20,000 nucleotides of DNA, taken from the IMG/VR virus record IMGVR_UViG_3300032221_000327. One strand, given 5' to 3'. The number at the start of each line of letters is the position of its first letter. The stretch's first letter is position 1. Below are positions 7,831 through 15,447 of this stretch, one piece after another. Source of the DNA: an uncultured virus (IMG/VR IMGVR_UViG_3300032221_000327). Taxonomy: Duplodnaviria; Heunggongvirae; Uroviricota; Caudoviricetes. Under the pieces are notes generated by a model. That model made no database searches. It saw only the letters and a list, made by a program, of their open reading frames with translations, and had not been told where the DNA came from. The position numbers and the translations under genes were made by a program.

Positions 7831-8311
7831 AGGGATCGGCGCACACAACGCCAACCCCAACTGGAAATGTCCGACCCCATTGTGGCTCCCCTTGCAGCCA
7901 GCCATGCACTCCATTGTGCCAACTGCTCCACTGTCACAATTAAGTTTGACAGGGGTGCCTAGACTCGTCCCCGGTCTGACCTTCCAGCAACAACGCGCCT
8001 GGGCAGACCACTCACACCGGCCAGCGGCGCTCCTGAAGGGGAGAGGCGATGGAGGGAATGTAGGGGCAGTAGCCTCCGCTGAGAGGCAGCACGCGAGGGA
8101 GCCCCAAGCGGGCCTGTCAAGCTGCCTCTCCCCACTCCCCCTCCTGCATACTTCTTCTCCATAAACCTTCGCAAGAGCGCCATTGAAAAGGTGGCGAGCC
8201 CCAAGCGAGCCTTAGTCAGGCGCTCCTTCCCCCTTCTCTGCTCTCTTTCTTAAAAGGCTTGCAGGAATGAACGAAAGGGCTTAAGCTGGCCGAGCCATCA
8301 ATGCCCATGCT

Positions 8312-8536
8312 GTGTCTGCCCTTCCCCCCAGTGCTCCAGAAAGGCTTCCATTGCTTGAACATGCTGGAATCCTGATCGAACCAATCATTCACCATGGCTT
8401 TTCGCGGCCCTTCAGGGGGCCGCTTCCGATAGCACGCACCATCTTTGGCGCTCGCAATCCTGCCGATGGCGAACGCCACTGGCGCAGGAGCTATGACGAA
8501 CTCACCAGCCTTATTGACAGAGGCTTTCAACCATGA
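8312..8536 (+). CDS. hypothetical protein
   Basis: 74 aa; ATGA overlap with the next gene. Confidence 0.6.
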   Translation: MSALPPSAPERLPLLEHAGILIEPIIHHGFSRPFRGPLPIARTIFGARNPADGERHWRRSYDELTSLIDRGFQP

Positions 8537-8871
8537 CCCCTGCTAACGAACGCTTTGACGATGCCGTGGAAATGCTGGCGGCGGTGAAAGCAAAGCTGAA
8601 GGCTTTGCAAGAAGAGGAGGCCGCCTTGAAGGCCACCATTGAAGAACTGTTCGCAGATGATGAAATCATCGAGCGTTTCAGCGATCCTGATTCGCCATCA
8701 ATCCGAACACCCTTCGGCACTGTTCGCCTTCAGGAAAGGCCAGTGAAAGCATACGGCCCATCCATCACGGAGGCCGAAGCCTCCTTGAAGCAAGCAAAGC
8801 AGCTAGCGAATGACATGGGCGACTACGATGTAGTGGCTTCCACCAATAGCGTGGTATTCACTGCTTCGTAA
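8533..8871 (+). CDS. hypothetical coiled-coil phage protein
   Basis: 112 aa; heptad N-terminus (LAAVKAKLKALQEEEAALKATI) followed by beta segment. Confidence 0.75.
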   Translation: MTPANERFDDAVEMLAAVKAKLKALQEEEAALKATIEELFADDEIIERFSDPDSPSIRTPFGTVRLQERPVKAYGPSITEAEASLKQAKQLANDMGDYDVVASTNSVVFTAS

Positions 8872-8873
8872 CC

Positions 8874-9650
8874 ATGGCAAAAGCCCCAAAGCCCCCTGCT
8901 ACAACGAGCCCCAGGGGGCTCACTAGGCCCCAGATTGAGTTTGGCAGTGAGCAAGACTTGCTGCAATTCAGCCTGAAGGTATTGGTGGATGCGGGTTGCA
9001 CCGTGGAACAGATTGATCGTTTGCGCAATAGGGCCAAGGATCCATCGTTCACCTTCAGCCCTGAAATCACTGGCCAGCGCCGCTACATGACCAGCGAGCT
9101 ACTGGCGGCAGGGCTAAGCAATGGACAAATTGCTCAAGTGTTTAGGCAAAGCAAGGATGTTGTCAACACTGATAGGCAAGCCATTCGTGCTCTCTATACC
9201 AAGAGCATCTTGCAAACCGCCGATAACTGGCGGGCAAAGCTCCTGCAGGAGCAGGATGATATTCGCAGGGTGGCAATGGAAGGATTTAGTGAAAGCAAAC
9301 GGCGCAAAGTGGTGCGTCGGAAGTTTGATGCAATGGGAGAAGATGATGATGATATGGACTCCCTGCCCAGCAGTGGTGGCGTGACTGAAGATCACTACTC
9401 AGCAGGCGACTCCAGCTTCCTTCGCATTGCATCTTCCTGTCTGGTGGAGCAAGCCAAACTGCTTGGCCTTCATAACAGTTCTTCGCAGAGCGCAGATGAT
9501 GAGAAAGGTTACAAGAAGTGGCTGAGCAAAATGGGTGAAATCGTTGATCGTGACCGTGAGAACCAGCGCAATGCCTTGGTGCGTGCTGATGCCATTGATG
9601 CTTCGGCTGAACCAATGGGCGATGCTGCTGGGGATCCTGCGGATGCTTGA
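8874..9650 (+). CDS. HTH protein, terminase small subunit-like
   Basis: HTH LLAAGLSNGQIAQVFRQSKDVVNTD and GDSSFL...C..EQAKLLGL motif as recalled from TerS-like proteins. Confidence 0.55.
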   Translation: MAKAPKPPATTSPRGLTRPQIEFGSEQDLLQFSLKVLVDAGCTVEQIDRLRNRAKDPSFTFSPEITGQRRYMTSELLAAGLSNGQIAQVFRQSKDVVNTDRQAIRALYTKSILQTADNWRAKLLQEQDDIRRVAMEGFSESKRRKVVRRKFDAMGEDDDDMDSLPSSGGVTEDHYSAGDSSFLRIASSCLVEQAKLLGLHNSSSQSADDEKGYKKWLSKMGEIVDRDRENQRNALVRADAIDASAEPMGDAAGDPADA

Positions 9651-9675
9651 CAGGCGGCTTGCTCCTGTTCATACT
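9647..9675 (+). promoter_or_regulatory. sigma70-type promoter
   Basis: TTGACA-17nt-CATACT. Confidence 0.5.
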
Positions 9676-9679
9676 GGCA

Positions 9680-10192
9680 ATGCCCCTCATTCCTTCCATC
9701 GTGTTTCCTTTTGATTCCGTTAAGGACTTTCTATCTTCCGTGGGCGCGGCCAGGGAAAATGACCGTGTACGGCTGGAAGAGCAGTGTACGCCAGTGCTTG
9801 ATTCCTTGATGAACGACCCCTGCGTGGCAGCGGTGCCCAATTCACTGGCCGACACCATTGAATCCCTTGTTGAACAGTATGGCGATCAGGCGCTCAAGAG
9901 CATTGCGCAGTATTGCCTCAACCTATGGACCGTCCGCCACGGTGAAGAACTGGCGCGGATGGCTCAACAGCAGAAGCCCTGCGTGGCAGGGGCATGTGCT
10001 ATCGCCGCTGATCACGCTATCCTTTCAACTGCTACTGGCCTCATTATTGATGTTGGTGCTTTTGGAAGTAGTGACGACTGGCAGCGCATGATTCGTAGTG
10101 AAATCAGCGGGGCATTACTGCAATCGTTTGAAGAAGAAGGCATTGCGCTGTCTGACGTGCTGCAGGAAGATGTGCTGCAGGAGGACGCATGA
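9680..10192 (+). CDS. hypothetical protein
   Basis: Start revised to ATG 9680 (MPLIPSIVF); helical acidic protein. Confidence 0.65.
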   Translation: MPLIPSIVFPFDSVKDFLSSVGAARENDRVRLEEQCTPVLDSLMNDPCVAAVPNSLADTIESLVEQYGDQALKSIAQYCLNLWTVRHGEELARMAQQQKPCVAGACAIAADHAILSTATGLIIDVGAFGSSDDWQRMIRSEISGALLQSFEEEGIALSDVLQEDVLQEDA

Positions 10193-10350
10193 TTCAAGGA
10201 AACACGATGGAGCCGTTCCGTTGCTGGTGCGGCAATGGAGAAGTGATAGTGCTATCTGCAAAAGATGGCACAATGGCTAAAAGACTCGCTACGCTCCAAT
10301 GCCCTACGGGCATTGTCCTGAAAGTGGAGGCAGTCAATGACCGCTCGTAA
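10189..10350 (+). CDS. small hypothetical protein (53 aa)
   Basis: Hand translation MIQGNTMEPFRCWCGNGEVIVLSAKDGTMAKRLATLQCPTGIVLKVEAVNDRS*; ATGA overlap upstream, overlaps the next gene. Confidence 0.55.
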   Translation: MIQGNTMEPFRCWCGNGEVIVLSAKDGTMAKRLATLQCPTGIVLKVEAVNDRS

Positions 10351-10705
10351 GGTGGTTGTGTACATTCCCCCATTGCTCTCTCCTGACGTGGCAGTGACTG
10401 CTGCTGACAACTCCCATCCAGTGTGGGCGAAGCTGGAGCGCAGGGGCCGGCGCCTGGTGGCTCGATCCTCTATCACGCTGGAGGATCTGGAGGAGCTGGC
10501 AGATTGGGCCACGGCTGCCATTGCTGAACCCACTGGCCCCCTAGGGAAGCGCCGCAAGGCTGCGTTTCAGAACGTGATCAACAGGGCAGCACGGTATGCC
10601 GTGCTGGAACCACTGGGCCCGTGCCATTGCCTAGCAGTGCGCTGGAGGGGACAGGGGCACAATGACCCGCCTGAGCCAGTGAAGGCCCCGCGCCAGAAGG
10701 CATAA
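10337..10705 (+). CDS. hypothetical protein
   Basis: 122-aa ORF in a tightly packed operon. Confidence 0.65.
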   Translation: MTARKVVVYIPPLLSPDVAVTAADNSHPVWAKLERRGRRLVARSSITLEDLEELADWATAAIAEPTGPLGKRRKAAFQNVINRAARYAVLEPLGPCHCLAVRWRGQGHNDPPEPVKAPRQKA

Positions 10706-10727
10706 GCAGCGCCTATGGCCCGTAGCA

Positions 10728-10756
10728 TTGACGCCTGGGCCATTCCTCCCCACAAT
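10728..10756 (+). promoter_or_regulatory. sigma70-type promoter
   Basis: TTGACG-17nt-CACAAT, 24 nt upstream of ATG 10781. Confidence 0.45.
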
Positions 10757-10780
10757 GGCTGTGTTGAGTTCGCCTTCCTC

Positions 10781-11152
10781 ATGGCCCAACTTCCCTCGTC
10801 CATCTACCACACGCCCAGCGGCCTGACGGCCTTCACGCCAGGCAGTCGCCTTGCCATGATTGGCGGCACCAGCACGGTGAACGTGTCGATCAGCGTTGAG
10901 AAGGCCCAGCAGTGGGCAACCACCCTGGAAGCCATCTGTTTGGCGGATCCCATAGCCCCTCATGCAGCGATGCTGCGGACGCTGCAGTGGTGGCTGGAAA
11001 CGGCCCTGACAGTGCACCAGCAGGACCACGAGGAAGTGATCACTGCTGCCCCTTCCTATGAAGACATGGTGGCCTACCTGGCCGCCTACCTCCATGGCCA
11101 GGAAACCGTGTCTGTTCAGGCTGCCAGCGAGCTGCCGGGGGTGGTGTCGTGA
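10781..11152 (+). CDS. hypothetical protein
   Basis: Start revised to ATG 10781 (MAQLPSS); GTGA overlap with the next gene. Confidence 0.65.
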   Translation: MAQLPSSIYHTPSGLTAFTPGSRLAMIGGTSTVNVSISVEKAQQWATTLEAICLADPIAPHAAMLRTLQWWLETALTVHQQDHEEVITAAPSYEDMVAYLAAYLHGQETVSVQAASELPGVVS

Positions 11153-11331
11153 CCGAGAATCAAAGCAAGTTGTTGGATGATGCTTTTGATCAGTGGTGGC
11201 TTAACGAAGGCAGCGGAATGGTACCGCTGTCGAGCCGTGATCACGTCCTCCCCCGCCACATCGCTCGCATCGCCTGGCACAACGGGGCCTACGTCAAGCT
11301 CCATCAGATTTCGCCCCCGGAGGCACCATGA
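11149..11331 (+). CDS. hypothetical phage protein
   Basis: 60 aa; AFDQWWLNEGSG...RIAWHNGAY; overlaps both neighbours. Confidence 0.7.
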   Translation: MTENQSKLLDDAFDQWWLNEGSGMVPLSSRDHVLPRHIARIAWHNGAYVKLHQISPPEAP

Positions 11332-12014
11332 CCATTCTCACGAAAAACACCGACCAGCTACGCCGCGTTGTGGCCGAGCACATTGCGGCTGATGCAGTAG
11401 TGCAGGGGAGCTATTGGGACCCGAACAGCGAACGAGGCTGCTTCATCGGCTGCCTTGCGCATTCCAATGACCCCTCCGTTCCAGAGCGGGTGTACGGGTT
11501 GCCCGTGATGGTGCAGCGGATCGCAGAATCAATTTTCGAAGCCCTACCTGCTGGGGATGCACGCGCATTCTTTGCGGCGCTGCCGGAGGCAGTGGCCTGC
11601 GACGGCAAGGACTTGACGAGGGTGGGCTGGCAGTTCCTGGCCGCCGAGCTGCGCAGTCTGCCGCCGCAACCGCCGGAGCTTCAAGCAGTCGTCGACCCGG
11701 TGATCACCGGCATGGATCTGATGGCGGAAGGGCAGGTTTGGTCAGAGGCCGCCGCCAGGGCCGCCGGGGCCGCCGTCTGGGCCGCCGTCTGGGCCGCCGA
11801 CTGGGCCGCCAGGGCCGCCAGGGCCGCCAGTGCCGCCGGGGCCGCCGGGGCCGCCGACTGGGCCGCCGACTGGGCCGCCAGTGCCGCCAGGGCCGCCGTC
11901 GGGGTCGCGGTGGCCGTCGCCGAAGACAGGGAAGCGGCAGGTCTGGCCGCCCGCCGCCGTCAGTGGGACTTGCTGCTTCAGCTCATCGCCTCCGCTCCCA
12001 TGGGTGGACTATGA
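11328..12014 (+). CDS. GCFIGCLAH-motif protein with Ala-rich repeat (paralogue of 15774..16442)
   Basis: N-terminal ~110 aa align by eye with the 15774 ORF; C-terminal AAx/AAxW repeats. Confidence 0.8.
   Translation: MTILTKNTDQLRRVVAEHIAADAVVQGSYWDPNSERGCFIGCLAHSNDPSVPERVYGLPVMVQRIAESIFEALPAGDARAFFAALPEAVACDGKDLTRVGWQFLAAELRSLPPQPPELQAVVDPVITGMDLMAEGQVWSEAAARAAGAAVWAAVWAADWAARAARAASAAGAAGAADWAADWAASAARAAVGVAVAVAEDREAAGLAARRRQWDLLLQLIASAPMGGL
11748..11903 (+). repeat. in-frame GCCGCC-based 9/12-nt tandem repeat
   Basis: About 16 units of GCCGCC followed by AGG, GGG, AGT, GTCTGG or GACTGG. Confidence 0.9.
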
Positions 12015-12099
12015 ACAGCGACAATCACGCCACCACTAACCACCGCCCGCCACTAACGCAATCCGCTTCTTAGCCTGATTGCAGACGCGCCTATGCAAA

Positions 12100-13026
12100 G
12101 TGATCGCCACTGATGGCCAATGGTTTGAACTCAACGATCGGCGCCTCACGGGCCTAGCAGGTTCCCATACGTGGAACAACGTGCAATCCATGGGGGGCGT
12201 TCTCGCCCCCTTAGGCACAGGCAACATCGTTCGGCTCTGGGCGTCAGAAGCTGACACGCTCAACACTAACTATGGCCTCCGTTGGGACAGTGATAAAATC
12301 ATTCCCATTGACCCTATTCCTTGGGCTCGCAATGATAAAGGCAAGTATGACTTGTCCGTTGTTCAGCCTGCTTTCCTGCATCGCCTCTCTCAACGAGTGA
12401 GGGCAGCAGCCCGCAATGGGCAGATTGCTATTGTCAACCTGTTTGAAGGGTCATTGTTCGGTAAGAGCTGGCAGTGGCACGCCTTCAACCCAGTCAATAA
12501 CACCCAGCGCATTGGCCCACGGTCCATTGAGGCAGTTCACACGCCAGGACCATGGAACAAAATGCAGTGGCACTACGCTAAGACGGTCGTTCAGGCTCTC
12601 GCAAGAGAGCCCAATGTCATCTGGGAAATTGGTAACGAACTGCAAGGAAGAAGCAAGTCCGTTACATTTTCCAATCGGCTCATTGAGCGTCTCAATGCGT
12701 GGACGAACCAGCCCGTAGGGGCCAGTCATATTCACAATGTAGATTGGCAATGGATGAAAAGTAGTGGTGCGGATTGGTTCTCCCCCGCCACTTCACCATC
12801 GTTTCGCCCTCCCCTGCCAGGGCCAGTGGTTTGGGACAGTGATCATGCCACGCCTGGAAGGTCCAATGCTGAGCTATATGCAGAGGCCAGCAGAAGTGGT
12901 ATGGTGCCCCTATTGATGGACAGTTGGCGCAATTCTGTGCTGAACTTTCCTTCCATGGACAGTGATCGTGACGCAATTACTGGCCTGGCCACCAGTCGCT
13001 TGTTCTTCGCCCGAAACCAGCCATGA
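12100..13026 (+). CDS. glycoside-hydrolase clan A-like TIM-barrel protein (DUF6298-like)
   Basis: GSHTWNN, IVRLW, P.PW.R...KYDL, VNLFEG, HAFNPVNN, NVIWEIGNE (acid/base NE), PVVWDSDH; start uncertain (GTG 12100 or TTG 12079). Confidence 0.65.
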   Translation: MIATDGQWFELNDRRLTGLAGSHTWNNVQSMGGVLAPLGTGNIVRLWASEADTLNTNYGLRWDSDKIIPIDPIPWARNDKGKYDLSVVQPAFLHRLSQRVRAAARNGQIAIVNLFEGSLFGKSWQWHAFNPVNNTQRIGPRSIEAVHTPGPWNKMQWHYAKTVVQALAREPNVIWEIGNELQGRSKSVTFSNRLIERLNAWTNQPVGASHIHNVDWQWMKSSGADWFSPATSPSFRPPLPGPVVWDSDHATPGRSNAELYAEASRSGMVPLLMDSWRNSVLNFPSMDSDRDAITGLATSRLFFARNQP

Positions 13027-13466
13027 CGGCTTCTTATCAGCTCACCGTCACCGAGGCCCAGTTGCAGTGCATCATGGCCGCCACTGACTTGTATCAGCGT
13101 GTTCAGTTGGGACAATGGCAAGAAATTATGACTTCCTTGCCGCTGCAAAAGCCCGTGGATTGGCAACTGCTGCGTGATACTTTCGACAGCATGTCTTCTC
13201 TTCTGGCTCCCCACTGCATTGACAACGTAGACGGAAAAGGATCGTCCCTAGGGGTGGGGCATCCTGCCTTGCCTGCCGACAACAGCATCGCCTACGACAT
13301 CCACCGCACCATCCGCCACAAACTAGCCTGGCAGAGAGCCGTGAGCGAAGGCATTGTCGCCAGTGAAACCAGCGCCCGCAAGTGGCCGGAAATGCTCACC
13401 GTTGACTACGACGCACCAATGAAGTGGTCAACTGAACCGCTCCCCACCATTGAACAACTGCCTTAG
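13023..13466 (+). CDS. hypothetical phage protein
   Basis: 147 aa; ATGA overlap; followed by a terminator. Confidence 0.75.
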   Translation: MTASYQLTVTEAQLQCIMAATDLYQRVQLGQWQEIMTSLPLQKPVDWQLLRDTFDSMSSLLAPHCIDNVDGKGSSLGVGHPALPADNSIAYDIHRTIRHKLAWQRAVSEGIVASETSARKWPEMLTVDYDAPMKWSTEPLPTIEQLP

Positions 13467-13481
13467 CCCCGACAAGCAAGC

Positions 13482-13511
13482 AAAAGAAAGGGGCCTTTCG
13501 GCCCCCTTCTT
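13482..13511. terminator. bidirectional intrinsic terminator
   Basis: GGGGCC-TTTC-GGCCCC flanked by AAAAGAAA and TTCTT. Confidence 0.7.
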
Positions 13512-13648
13512 GCAACGGATTCCGATACGCCCGCTCCTGGCCTCTAGCCAGGGACCAGCCCCCTCGCGCCCAGTTGCGTGGCTGCCATCGCTGTACAGCC
13601 AAACTGGTCAGACGCGCCCAGCCTTACGGGAAGGGCCATCGCGTTGCC
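13482..13648 (-). ncRNA. candidate structured non-coding RNA (~165 nt)
   Basis: Extended -10 TGgTATGAT at 13654-13662; terminal pairing GCAACG/CGTTGC; nested stems; own terminator; no convincing ORF. Confidence 0.5.
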
Positions 13649-13681
13649 TAGAAATCATACCACGGTTCAGGGGCGAGCCCC

Positions 13682-13715
13682 AAAAGAAACCCCCAGAAGC
13701 GTGACCTCCTGGGGG
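13682..13715 (-). terminator. terminator of the Sm-like/Gly-X operon
   Basis: CCCCCAG...CTGGGGG stem followed by TTTCTTTT on the minus strand. Confidence 0.7.
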
Positions 13716-13739
13716 CTCAGTGTGGTGACGATGCCGTTG

Positions 13740-13979
13740 TCAGGATGGGCGCCTGCCCCTGTGAGGCGAGCAGGTGCCGTAGCCGCCGCCGCTACCGTAG
13801 CCGCCGCCGCCACCGTTGCCGTAGCCGTTGCCGTTGCCGTCGCCATAGCCGTAGCCGTTGCCGTCGCCATAGCCGTAGCCGTCGCCGTAGCCGTAGCCGT
13901 TGCCGGAGCCGTAGCCGTAGCCGTAGCCGTAGCCGTAGCCGTAGCCGTCGCCGTCGCCGTAGCCTATCGGGCGGAACAT
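13740..13979 (-). CDS. Gly-X (Y/D/N/S) repeat protein
   Basis: MFRPIGYGDGDGYGYG...; ATG overlaps the upstream TGA (TGATG); terminator follows. Confidence 0.7.
   Translation of the reverse strand: MFRPIGYGDGDGYGYGYGYGYGYGSGNGYGYGDGYGYGDGNGYGYGDGNGNGYGNGGGGGYGSGGGYGTCSPHRGRRPS
13776..13964 (-). repeat. hexamer tandem repeat GGC-NNC
   Basis: About 31 units GGC(TAC/GAC/AAC/TCC/GGC/AGC/TAT). Confidence 0.9.
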
Positions 13980-14299
13980 CACAGCCCCCAGTCGTCAGCC
14001 ACCGGCACCGAGAAAATCTCGGCACCAGCAGGCATGTCAACGTCGGCCATGGGCCTGAGGTCCGCTTTGGACGGGTTTTCAATCACTTTTGAGAACCCGC
14101 AGGATTCCCATCTAAACACCCACACGCAGCGGGACAGCCGGATGCGCCCGTCCTCGCGCACAACGTCGCCCGCAAAGATCCAGCCTCTGTCAACAACGAC
14201 CACGGCACGGTTGCCCGTGGTCTGGCGCGGCACATATTCCTCGCCATTGACGACGATACGTCCGTCAGCAAAAACAATGTTGTGGTTTGGGAGTCCCAT
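13979..14299 (-). CDS. small beta-barrel (Sm/DUF6948-like) protein
   Basis: Start ATG 14299; AVVVVDRGWIFAGD...IRL....VFRW...G motif. Confidence 0.65.
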   Translation of the reverse strand: MGLPNHNIVFADGRIVVNGEEYVPRQTTGNRAVVVVDRGWIFAGDVVREDGRIRLSRCVWVFRWESCGFSKVIENPSKADLRPMADVDMPAGAEIFSVPVADDWGL

Positions 14300-14318
14300 G
14301 GAAAGAAAGAGGGGGAAC

Positions 14319-14353
14319 CTCCCCACAATACAGGCTGCGGGTCAGCCTGTCCA
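14319..14353 (-). promoter_or_regulatory. promoter with internal palindrome
   Basis: TGGACA-17nt-TATTGT-GGGGAG; perfect inverted repeat ACAGGCTG-N5-CAGCCTGT at 14330-14350. Confidence 0.6.
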
Positions 14354-14426
14354 CCACGCCGCGAGTCGCCTGCCTGCTAGTGTGCTTTCGGGAGAGATCC
14401 CGCCTCAGAATTACTTAACCTTTCTC

Positions 14427-14798
14427 ATGCTGTCTTCTATTCTGCTCAAAGTCCTTGCTGCCACTGCCTTTCTCGCGCCCATGGCCGCCCTTCCTGCCTC
14501 CGCTGCGGCATCCTGCGGCCCTGCCAGTTGGTACGGCCAAGGCGACGGCTTCGCCTGGCGCACCATGGCAAACGGTGCCCCGATGAACCCTTCTGCCATG
14601 ATCACGGCCCATCGCTTCCTGCCTTTCGGCACGCGCCTGCGAGTGACCAACCAGCACAACGGACGGTCAGTGGTGGTGCGAGTGACCGATCGGGGCCCCT
14701 ACGCTGGTGGGCGGGTGCTGGACCTTTCCCACGGTGCTTTCGCTGTCATTGCCTCCCCAGGGCAGGGCGTAGCCAGGGTGTGCTATCAGGCAGTTTGA
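14427..14798 (+). CDS. rlpA: RlpA-like (DPBB) lytic transglycosylase family protein
   Basis: Signal peptide, ASWYG, TMANG, TAHRFLPFGTRLRVTN, VVVRVTDRGPY..GRVLDLS..AF; start revised to ATG 14427. Confidence 0.92.
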   Translation: MLSSILLKVLAATAFLAPMAALPASAAASCGPASWYGQGDGFAWRTMANGAPMNPSAMITAHRFLPFGTRLRVTNQHNGRSVVVRVTDRGPYAGGRVLDLSHGAFAVIASPGQGVARVCYQAV

Positions 14799-14817
14799 CG
14801 CTGCCGGCAGTGAGCAG

Positions 14818-14839
14818 GCGCCCGCAAGGGCGCTTTTTT
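14818..14839 (+). terminator. intrinsic terminator
   Basis: GCGCCC-GCAA-GGGCGC-TTTTTT. Confidence 0.85.
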
Positions 14840-14902
14840 CATGCCTGCTTGTTTCTTTCCATCGCTCAAGATCCGGCCAGAAAAGGAAGGTCCGAGTGGC
14901 AA

Positions 14903-14911
14903 TGGTATAAT
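14903..14911 (+). promoter_or_regulatory. extended -10 promoter
   Basis: Consensus TGgTATAAT, 27 nt upstream of ATG 14939. Confidence 0.65.
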
Positions 14912-14938
14912 GCAAGGGCGAATTGTGCCTTTCTGATT

Positions 14939-15220
14939 ATGCGTGCCATCGCCCTTGTCGCCTGCCTGCTGCTGCCAGGCGTTGCAAGTGCTGGCCAGCT
15001 CCGGCCAGCCGCCTATGCTGCAGCATGGTGCGCCGCCCGTGCCGAGGGAGCCTCCATGGGGGCTGCCATAGCGTTTGCCGTGGAGGTAAGTTACGACAGC
15101 GCCTCGCCCACCTTGCCACAGTACGGGGGCAGCTCCCTCGACGCGAGGGAGTCCGTCAGGCGGGCTTATGCGCTGTGCCCGCAGCATATCCCCCGGCCTG
15201 CCCGTGGCATTTCTACATAG
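14939..15220 (+). CDS. secreted two-Cys helical protein (DUF732-like)
   Basis: Signal peptide MRAIALVACLLLPGVASA; WC....G.S...A and AYALCPQH pattern. Confidence 0.65.
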   Translation: MRAIALVACLLLPGVASAGQLRPAAYAAAWCAARAEGASMGAAIAFAVEVSYDSASPTLPQYGGSSLDARESVRRAYALCPQHIPRPARGIST

Positions 15221-15282
15221 TCCTTGCCGGCTGAGCGTCAGCGCGATATTCTGGCCAGCAGTTCCCTCCGCCCCCCCCCGCA

Positions 15283-15447
15283 ATGCCTCCCGCTTCCCGC
15301 GCCGCTGGCGCCATCCTGCTGGGCCTAATGGCGCTGGCCCTTTGGGAGCCTCGTCCGCCCGCGCCTGACAGGGCAGCCTACGATCGCTGCCGCCAATTCC
15401 ACCCGCAGCCCTACTGCACCAGCATCTACCGTCATGGCCGTCTGTGA
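15283..15447 (+). CDS. small membrane-anchored two-Cys protein (54 aa)
   Basis: Hand translation MPPASRAAGAILLGLMALALWEPRPPAPDRAAYDRCRQFHPQPYCTSIYRHGRL*. Confidence 0.6.
   Translation: MPPASRAAGAILLGLMALALWEPRPPAPDRAAYDRCRQFHPQPYCTSIYRHGRL

Noticed and set aside
8090..8120. Minus-strand promoter at TTGACAGGC 8120-8112
   Set aside because: No -10-like hexamer at 16-18 nt spacing
12011..12073. 20-aa ORF or frameshifted start of the GH-like gene
   Set aside because: Too short, and no slippery site or other support seen
13500..13650. tRNA or retron msr-msd identity for the structured RNA
   Set aside because: No GTTCGA T-loop or cloverleaf, and no reverse transcriptase in the window
11748..13964. 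Tandem repeats as CRISPR arrays
   Set aside because: Units are 6-12 nt, in frame and coding, with no unique spacers
13578..14426. Long N-terminal AVAVAV extension of RlpA, and Arg-Ser/Arg-Leu repeat ORFs
   Set aside because: Alternative frames of the Gly-X repeat; RlpA has its own signal peptide from 14427
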